Source: Acanthaster planci (lineage: Eukaryota). From it: a stretch of 62,000 nt of DNA. The notes beneath the pieces are model-generated. The model saw only the letters and a list, made by a program, of their open reading frames with translations. It did no database searches and was not told where the DNA came from. Made by a program: the position numbers and the translations under genes. The stretch spans positions 62,001 through 124,000 of the forward strand of contig NW_019091405.1 of the NCBI RefSeq assembly GCF_001949145.1, in the 5' to 3' direction. Below, in pieces: positions 52,813 through 62,000 of the stretch. The first letter of the stretch is position 1, and the number at the start of each line of letters is the position of its first letter.

Positions 52813-55800
52813 CCTACGTGGTCATCAACACCCATCGTGTTTTGTTCCACAACACCCGCTTACCTTTTGGAGTTGCCTCTGCGCCTACGATTTTCCAACG
52901 CACAATGGATAACATTTTTGCAAGGCATACCGCACGTGACTGTATACCTTGATGATATCTTGATCACAAGCACCGATGACCAGTCTCATCTCGCTACACT
53001 GTCGACGGTGTTGGCTCGCTTGGAACAAGCTGGCCTTCGTCTCAAGCTAAGCAAGTGCAAATTCATGGACCCTTCTATCGTGTACCTGGGCCATACAATC
53101 GACGCACAAGGTCTGCACCCGACTACTGACAAAGTCAATGCTATCCATAACGCTCCAGCACCAACAAATGTGACTGAACTGAGAGCATACCTAGGGCTGC
53201 GTACCCATTATGTTAAGTTCTTACCTCAGCTATCGATAACCCTTGCTGCTTTTTATCCGACTTCTGCTCAAGGACAGAAGATGGACATGGGGTGCCGAGG
53301 AAAGGAACGCCTTCAGTGGTTCCAAAGATCTCCTGCAATCATTGAACCTGTTGGTGCACTTCGACCCCAAGAAAGATGTTATCGTATCATGTGGAATATG
53401 ATACGATAACACATGAATATGGAATCGGTGCAGTCCATGCCCACTGAATGCCTGATGGTTCGGAAAAATCAGTCGGTTTTGCCTCGCGCACACTGGCTTC
53501 GGCAGAGAAGAAGTATTCTCAGATCGAAAAGGAGGGCCTCGCCTTCGTATTTGGTGTAACTAAGTTTCACAGTTACATCTATGGTCGTCATTTCAAGTTA
53601 GTGACCGACCATAAGCCTCTTCTGAGCCTTTTCAATGAAGGAAGAACAGTACCGTCTCAAGCATCTGCTTGCATCCAGCGCTGGGCTCTTACCTTAGCCA
53701 TGTACGAGTACACGCTGGTCTTCAAATCGACAACAGCCCACGGAAGTGCAGACGCTCTGGGTCGTTTAAGTTACCCTTGCCTACCCCTCCTGCCAACGTC
53801 CCGGTTCCCGCCGAGACTGTTCTGCTAATGGAGAAGATGGAAGCATCTCCTCTCTCCGCATCGCACATTCGCACTTGGACTAGACGTGATCCTCTGATGT
53901 CCAAGATATTTCGCATGGTGAGGGGAGGATGGCCCTTCCACGATAGGGTGGAAGAGGATGTGAAACCTTACAGAGTTCGTAGTACAGAACTTTCTGTTCA
54001 AGATGGTTGTCTCGTGAGGCAATCGAGTGATCATCCCTTTACAAGGGCGAAAGCGCATTCTTCATAGCCTTCACGAAGGTCACTCCGGCATATCCCGGAT
54101 GAAAAGCCTCGCCAGAGGGTTGACTTGGTGGCCTAAGATGGATGCAGGTATAGAAATGGATGTCAAAGGATGCCACAGCTGGCAGCAAGATCAACCGATG
54201 CCTCCTGGCAAAGAGCAAACTGCATCCCTGGAAATGGTCCGACCGCCCTGGTCCAGATTGCATATTGACTATGCAAGCCCCTTCATGGGCAAGATGTTCC
54301 TTGTAGATTCGCATTCCAAATAGATGGATGTTTTTCCGGTGAACCACGCCACCACTCAACAATCGAGAAACTGAGACAGGCGTTCGCGACCCATGGATTG
54401 TCGGATAAAGTGGTATCCGACAACGGAACCGTCACCATTCACCAGCGCGGAATTTCGCGAATTCACGACAAAGAATGGTATCCTGCCCATTCGCACATCT
54501 CCCTATCATCCGGCCTCCAACGGACTTGCCGAACGCCCTGTGCGCACTTTCAAGCATGCCGTAAAGCGAATGGAAACAGGAACAGTTGAAACCAAGGTGT
54601 CCAGATTCTTGTTTCAGGACAGGATCATTCCGCACAGTGCTACGGGAGTGTCCCCTGGGCAAATGTTAATGGGTTGTCATCTACGTTCTCATCTCGACCT
54701 GATGTCATAAAGCGGGTCATTTACCATCAAGAAAACTAAAAACGGCATCCTGACAAGAGCGCGAGGACACGCGTCTTCCAGATTGGTGACACCGTGTGCG
54801 TTCGTAACTTTACGAAGACCGGTTGTCAATGGTTACCGGGCACCATAACAGGTACCTCAGGTCCGGTGTCCGACAAGATCCGACTTGACCATAACGGATG
54901 CGAAATCCATCGTCACCTGGACCACATCCGCAATCAAGAATGTCCGGTCGAACCAGCTCCCCAAATTTGGACAGTGACATTGACTTTGGAACAGGTACTA
55001 TCGACAACCTGAGACCGAGGTCAATCCTCAAACGCTCGATAACCCTACAACTTCCAACAATGCTCCAGCACAACAAGCCTCAACCGAGCCTGAGTCCCAA
55101 TCAGATCCAAGACCTGAGAGAAAATGCCCTTTGCGTATCAGAAACCCGCCCTCACGGACAAATAACTCGAACCTGAGTTGATACAGCTGCACACAGCGGG
55201 GGCAGAATAATCCTATGTGCGGTCTGTTTCAAGTCGGGGTAGTCCACCCCTGCATTTGATTGTCATCACACATGTATAATAGTGTTAGTAGGAAAAAAAG
55301 AAGAAAAATAGTTGCTAGTTGATTAAAAAAACAGTGGGTTTCAATTAAAAAATCATTCATTCTTGACGCACATTGGAATACATGTACATTCAGTTAATAC
55401 GTCACTTTGACGTTTCACTGTAGGGAGGACGAGTTTAATATCCCGGCTACCGAAGGACCTAATGCCAAGTTTATGAAAAGTAACTTTGTTTCCTACCTTC
55501 TTGAACTTCACCTTTTTACCCGACTACTTTTGGGACTCTGGACACCATGGTTGTAAATATATTGTATTACTTTCTTTCGGTGTATCACAAATGCAGCGTG
55601 TGCATTTTCTGCTTTTCTTGCACTTCGTTTCCAGAGCCTTGCATGGCGAAAATAAGATCAATGTGGTCCTCCAAATCAGTATTGCGTGTATCTCTTGACC
55701 AGTTCATTACATTTTGCAATATCAATAAAAAAGCCTCAAAAGTCACAAATGTACCATTCTGGTGTAAGATTCTGCACGAATTTGATACACGTTACAGATC

Positions 55801-57207
55801 TTTATCATGAATATCACGCTCTATATAGTGTATAGGTCGCCCCCCACTCGCTTTTCTAATTTCCATGGCCAGGCAAGTCACTCCCCACCTTTCCCCGTCC
55901 CCCCAATTTCCAACACAGATTTACACCACTGGGAACCTATCTTCACACGGGGGTTGTAAATCCCCTCTTGGGCCCCCTGCTGGATGTGCCACAAAACAGA
56001 CCTCATCGACCGACGTCATTATGATGAAGGAAGGAAAGCAGAGTTACATCATCAGCTGTATACGAGTACCAGCCCCACCTCCATTTGCACCGTACAGAGG
56101 CGACACTTGTTAGTGAGCAGCAACGGGGTCAGCTGAGGTCATCGCCAACGGGCCAATACTTGACAACTTCTGGTTTGGCTTCGTTACTGTGCCAAGCAAC
56201 CAAAGAAGGGAATCAATGGAAATATCTAGATTATTAAAAACATACCACACCAAAACAAAACAACGAAGTTTTTCAAGACCACCATACCTTCCAAAAAACT
56301 GAGATTGTGTCCACTTCTGCCGAAAGCATGCAACCAGTACGATCTTGAATATAGCCTAACTCATTCAGTCCGCCATATTTAATTAATTCATTTCATTGTA
56401 AGACTCACAGCAAGAAGCAAACGGCAATAAGAAGCAAAGATCTATACCGAAATCAGCGGAAATCCAACCAATTATTGTCTGACAAAATTAATGTCAATTT
56501 AAAACTGAATAACCAAAATCGAATCTGCTACATGTACCTCTTTTAGCAACGTGACTGATTCAGAGCCAGTCAGTCGCAATTAACACTCGGAAACTGAAAG
56601 AATAGCTTCAAGAAGAGGTCTCAAATTTGTTTCCATTCCCAATAAGTGCATCCTCTGCATCACTTTTGATGAATGACATTAAATCCCAGGGACGGATTCA
56701 AGCCTTGCTTTCGGGGGAGGGGTCACCGGGCTTTATGTAGGCTTTGTCCATTATATTGCAGACACATAGGTAATACATTACATTATTACTGTGTGCCAAT
56801 AATACCCCTCGCAAAACGACCTTTTTATCGTTACTGTAGCTGCTCTTTAATTTAATTTGTATAGTTTTTCATTTGGTGTAAGTCACCCACCCCCCTTCAC
56901 GTCTGAAGCCTCCAATTGAAAAATGAGAATCAGGTTCCTAATTCGCAATAGTCACTCCGAACTCCATCTTTCCAAACCATCTTCCTACCGACTGGTGTCC
57001 AAATACCGCGCAGGGAACTATCTGGAGCATTTAGGCTAAACGAATCGGCAAAGTAAAGGCAGGCATACGCATTTGCGCCACGAACCGCCCCTAAAAGTGG
57101 ATTATCACCGTTTTAATTAGAACTCAAACACTGCACCGATGCGTGGACCAAGATATTACTCCACAAATCCAGTCACGATTACATATCTACTGCATATCTA
57201 CACCACA

Positions 57208-57226
57208 TGACACTAGGGGGCGCTGT
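57208..57226 (+). promoter_or_regulatory. CTCF-like motif
   Basis: TGACACTAGGGGGCGCTGT is one mismatch from the core CCACYAGRKGGCRC. Binding untested. Confidence 0.4.
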
Positions 57227-60149
57227 TCATGATACTGGTGTTCATCTGTCCAACAATCTTTACATCCCAGAACCTTACATCAAAACAGCGTAGTTACAGC
57301 GGTTTTTTTTTTGGCTTTATCGGTGTTGATGAATACATGTTGGTTGTTGGGATTTTCAGTGTTAGTGAATACGTTTTGGTTATGGGAAGTGAACAATTAC
57401 CTCAAAATCAGCTCTAATTTTTTCCTCACCAAGAAAAAAGGGGAGGATGATTAAATAGCCCATCCCCCTACTCAAAAAGTAGAGCGATAGTTTCCCCCAT
57501 TCCGCCCTGACCCGCTCACAAGACATTCAAATTACCAGCCTTCGTCGATGTTATTGCCATGTCCGACAAACGGGAGCAATTCAGTGCGCCAGTGAGTTGC
57601 TATGCTATTAATGAAACCAACAACAAACAACCCCCATCTACATCAAAACAGTTCAAGAAATTTTCCGCAACTACTTCCAGTTCGGACACAACTTCTCCAG
57701 TCCTCCTGAAAAGGGGGGGGGAGTGGACTCAATAGCAAACCCAGAAATCCAGTGATATCATCCAGCAAAATCTCAAAAGAAAAATGGTACGAAAGCCGAT
57801 AAACATCCGCACAGTCACGATAGAGCTGTGGGAGACTACATTCTGTGTCTACAACATTAGCCTAGTCTTGAGAGATTACAAAATCTCGTCGTAAATGTTA
57901 AACGGACGCACCCCTTCAAATTCACTTGAATCGTCAATCAGTTATCTCCCATCTGGCGATGGTTGCCAGCAACAACATCAGGTTCCTACTGGTAGCCAAA
58001 GGCTTCATACTTCTTAGCACCACCCCGCGACCGCCCATGGGGGGTCACTCTTTCGTATGAATTCCTTTTAAATTTATAACCATAACATATAACTAGAGAA
58101 AAAGGCATCTTGCTATTTTGACACTAAGACTCTCCACCTCCTACATACTTACATTATATCGAAATTCTGAAGTTAATCTTTAAAAACATAAACAGTAAGA
58201 AGGTAAAATGCTTACTCAAATCAAGATTTAGAGCCAACGTTGAGTTGATGTACGTATACATGCACTTGAAAGGGCGGATCCAGAACCAAATCTGGGAGGG
58301 GGGGTAAAATGTTGAATTTGTTTGTTACATATTATGGCCTCTAGGGGGGTGGGGGCTAAATGTTAGGTTTGTTTACATGTTTATGTAAGGACAGGACGTG
58401 TTTTAGTCCCGACAATCGCCTTTCGTTCATTCGTGTTTTTTTTTGGGGGGGGGCGTTTGTTTGTTTTTCATAATATTGCTTGTTTTGGGGGCCATGGTCC
58501 GTGGTGGGCCCCATCCTTCGAATCATTTGCAGCTTAAATGGAACTTTGCTTGCTTTGCTGTTGGCCAAGTAGTCATCTGGCTGGTTTAATTGCTCATCAC
58601 GGGCCTAATCTATGAGGTGCAACCAGACCCTATAACGGGAGGTTTGTAGCATCATGGATGAGGCATCGGCTTTCCGAACATCCTAAGGAAGTCCCAAGAT
58701 ACCATCTTGGCTTCAGGTAATGTATCAAGACTCTAGCAAGATACCGCCGTGACGACTTCAAGGCTGTTTCTGGAAGTCGATGTGTGAAGTCCATCACGCT
58801 CATAAAGAAATTGCCGAGGAAACTTAACATGTAATTTGACTCATGATCTCAAAGGAGTTGGGGCGGTTTTTTTTTAGTTCAGGTCAAATTACACGTAGTC
58901 TTTTCTCTACGTTACACGACTTTTATTCATACAGTTAACTTACTAAACTTACTTACTAAATACTAAAACTGCTGCGTGCACGAATTACAATCAATGTGCA
59001 TGGAAAAAATAGTTTTCGATAACAAATATAGTCTTGAAGTAGGTCAAAGAAAAAACTGCCGTTGTATTATGTGCTTTCGTGTATAAGAGTACTACGTCTT
59101 TTAATGATGATTACTAGTGTCTGATGTCTGATAATAATCATTTTGCCCATTGCAGTCATCTGTACCCTTGGCAACGTCCTCAGTCGCTCGCCTACTTCCC
59201 GTATTCTGACACACGTCAATAAGCGACCAGCACCCATCACCTTGCCTCTTGAGGTACACCCTTCATGCGCCCATGACCACATTGCTTCGTCGCTCAAGGT
59301 TCCTTCGCATACATTTCACAGCATCGTTCCAAATCCTATAGCCCCAGACGACGGGAAGGGCAGACAGCCAGATAACCCTGAGTCCATTGGTTCATTTCAG
59401 AACCTTTCCCCACAACGCTGCTCACCTCGAAAGCAACTCGACATCAATCGATTTCCTTGTCTGATCCATCCTCAAGGAAGACTGTTCCCAGAAAACTGAA
59501 CCAAGGGCACAGTCGTTCTGAATGTATAACTTCGTCCCACCCGCCCCATATCTTCAAGCAGGGGCTTAGCGACCACTGTGTGTGTGTTTGTGTGGGGGTG
59601 TGGGTGTGTGGGGGAGGGGGCAGCCCCAAATAATTAACTCCAGTCGACAAAAGAACCTCTGTCGACAAATTAATCCAAAACTGATAAATAAACGATATAC
59701 GTTGGCCCCATCTTCCCTGAAGCATGAAATGTAGCGTATCACGGATCACTTTGTGAATTTTACACGACACGAGGTTGGCGAGCAAGGTACAGATTGACTC
59801 TAGCACCATCACCGTAGAAAATGCCTTCCCTATGTCACTGTCTTCAAAGGATTCATCTCCAGCAAAACGTTCCGTTAGGCTGGAAAAACTCATAACACGG
59901 GATGACTTCCAAAACCAAAACCATGGGCGCAAATCCCAGGAGATGGAGGTATTATATCGTCCACTTTTTGACCAGGGGGTGGACTATTGAATCATTCCCC
60001 ACTTTTCGAAAAAAAATAAGGCGGATTTTTCTAACTTTCCAACAACAAAAATGTATTCAGTAGTACTCACAAAGGAACATTTTTATAGCCATGGATACGT
60101 TGTTTTGATTGTAAGCTTCTGCAGGAGTGTAAGGCATATTGCAAATGTA

Positions 60150-61540
60150 CATTTGTATTATGAGCAACCATTCCTGACACAAATGTACGCCATGGCTTCT
60201 GATTCGTCTTTCTAAATGTTTCACGATCCTTTCATTTTTCATTTAAGGATAGAAATCTTAATGGTGGCGGTACCCTCACTGCTAAGAAGGAACTCACTCC
60301 GTTAATTAAATAAACTTACCCTTAGAGACAGACATCGAAATACTAAAGATTGAAACTGAACGTTGGTGAAACTAAGCAAGAAAAGATGCATTACAGCCAT
60401 TTATTTCGTCCACCATCATGACTCACACTAACCGGACATATAGGATTTTGTTTCTAAACATCATGCAATACATCTCGTAGGAGGTTTCAAGACATTGGTC
60501 ATCAAGTCCCACCCCCCTTCAGATCCAACAATTCAACATTTTCAACGTACTCAAGTATTCTCAGCCGAGTGACTTTGTAACAAGGCGTCTACCACGACAA
60601 CAGCGCTAGCGGTGATGACAACATCCTGGACTTGCTGCTCACCAACCGTGCAGACGGACGTTTATGGCGGACACTGTTTTCATGCCGGAGCCTGCCTGTT
60701 CTGAGAATGATTTTGTTTCAGATGATATAAACCCAAACTGATCCAAGCCGCCTTTTTCGTTCACATTTGACCATTCGGGAAAGTTGCCTTTAACAAACTT
60801 AAATAGACGACGCTATATCACTGGGACACATTTGTTGTCGAGATTGATATTACCAATATTACAGATAGGCTCAAGGATTTTAAGTTTTTTAACTGTAGTT
60901 ATAAGTGTTACTCGTAAAATAGAAATCAAAGGAAGACACAGAGATAACTCCTAAAATTTTGGAAGGTATAAAGAGTAAAGCAGTTGTTCTTCCTGCAATC
61001 CCTATTCCTTACTCGTACGACACCTCTCTTTCACTAAATTTTTAAATTTCTAACAAGGTGTGATCCAGTCCAAAATTACCCTTGCGGCCTCGAGAAGTCT
61101 TCTCGAGGGCGTTGCTAGAAAAAGGGACATATTTACCTGTTGTAACGGTTAAAGACATGGGAGCAGGGTCCTAAAAGTACAGGGATATATGGACTGCCAT
61201 AAACAGTAAATAGAATGGCATGCCAGAAACAGCAGATATAAACAAACATGAGGGAACAAGATCAGAAAATATTGAGAAGGCAAGCTCATAATATCAATCA
61301 TTTTGTCAGAAAATCGAAAAAAAAAATTCGATCTGTTGTAACGTTGAGATGGTCATGTTCATCACTTGAGAATCAATGGAAGTATCTGAAACAGTGTTTT
61401 GGGTGGCTCACTCAAACATCGCAGATCAAAAACATCTGTTTGGCAAATATTTTGTAGCATTATGGAGCCACAGAAACGTTTTATACCTGACATCCTAAAG
61501 CCAAATATCGCACGACGAAACTTGCTGCTCCTTATAATAT
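60150..61540 (+). mobile_element. Heavily decayed CR1/L2-group LINE ORF2 (APE endonuclease plus linker)
   Basis: Collinear motifs across frameshifts: KDRNLNGGGTLTA (about 60245), Y-RPPS (about 60402), LVGGF (about 60474, GDFN position), NILDLLLTN (60620-60646), SENDFV (SDH position), HWD, ITPKILEGIKSK (60944), FVRKSKKK, WKYLK and LFGKYF (about 61436). RT core not seen. Confidence 0.7.
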
Positions 61541-62000
61541 ATGATGCCTGGTACTTGGTATAAAAGTTATCGTGACAGTCGCAAAAACTGAAATGCGAGT
61601 AAGGTACACGTCTCTAGGTTTCACGAACTGTTTGAGCGAGGTACCTCGCGTACCGACACCCGATAAGATCATTGGATGATCCCGTGAGGAGGCGCCTGCA
61701 TGGTGCAAGTCGTTTTGTTTTGAAATTTGATGATATACGATTTGGGGGACGATTCCATTTCCCTGCCTGTCCAAACTGTTCAAAAGAATTCACAATGAAT
61801 GGCAGTTACCAACTTCTTAATCTGTATTAAGACCGATTATCATGCAAGGTTTGCAATGTTTGTCAATTGATTTAGTGTATACATTTGTTTTGCCTTTTGA
61901 TTTCCAGTGTTTGTTTTGCCCGATTGTGTTTTTCATCTTTCTTATGAATCATACATTATTTCCTTACCACGCTTTCTTGTATATTATTGCTCTTTTTGTT

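Larger units (their letters stand above)
51195..55200 (+). mobile_element. Decayed Ty3/Gypsy LTR retrotransposon (Mag-like): gag, RT, RNase H and integrase remnants
   Basis: gag as in copy 1. RT: VPVLKPD..SVRICGDY*LTVN..LDRYPIPKIEDL, INTHR..RLPFGVASAPTIFQRTMD and YLDD (52945-52956). RNase H: FASRTL..AEKKYSQIEKEGLA..TDHKPL. Integrase: LHEGHSGISRMK..WWP, PWSRLHIDYA, SDNG and PYHPASNGLAER. The order RT-RH-IN is Gypsy-type. Many stops and frameshifts, and its own LTRs are not found. Confidence 0.95.

Noticed and set aside
55190..55300. Polypurine tract and 3' LTR of the Gypsy element
   Set aside because: GCGGGGGCAGAA is only vaguely PPT-like, is not followed by TG, and nothing downstream matches either LTR.
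55400..55830. Minus-strand YICDF(E)A resembling a Polinton polymerase exonuclease motif
   Set aside because: It needs a frameshift and has no supporting flanking motifs.
1..62000. CRISPR array, operon, rRNA or intact tRNA genes
   Set aside because: No regularly spaced repeat-spacer structure or RNA gene folds were seen. The DNA is spliceosomal-intron eukaryotic sequence and the TACATG repeats are irregularly dispersed.

Overview
This is eukaryotic, AT-rich genomic DNA. The repeat content suggests a marine invertebrate, probably an echinoderm such as a sea star (inference). The minus strand carries the 5' part of a phospholipase C-beta gene of the PLCB1-3/Plc21C type. Five short coding exons (46706-46608, 34183-34106, 19154-19086, 10438-10298, 154-75) encode the N-terminal PH domain. 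They are separated by 8.6-15 kb introns, and the gene runs off the left edge of the window. The introns hold non-autonomous transposons (Harbinger-like and hAT-like MITEs, a Helentron-type element, SINE and LINE fragments) and a very large excess of TACATGTA/(TACATG)n. Three internal comparisons show this motif as a TA to TACATGTA (+6 bp) change, which matches the Tc1-type excision footprint. The excess is almost confined to the CpG-poor gene body. Upstream of the CpG-rich, uORF-containing leader is a decayed Mag-like Ty3/Gypsy element. It is hit by two unrelated LTRs, carries an internal deletion, and is partly duplicated across an assembly gap. Further right is a heavily decayed CR1/L2-group LINE. 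I saw no prokaryotic systems, CRISPR arrays, rRNA genes or intact tRNA genes. Nearly all entries in the supplied ORF track are spurious. All calls are by eye, with no database searches.
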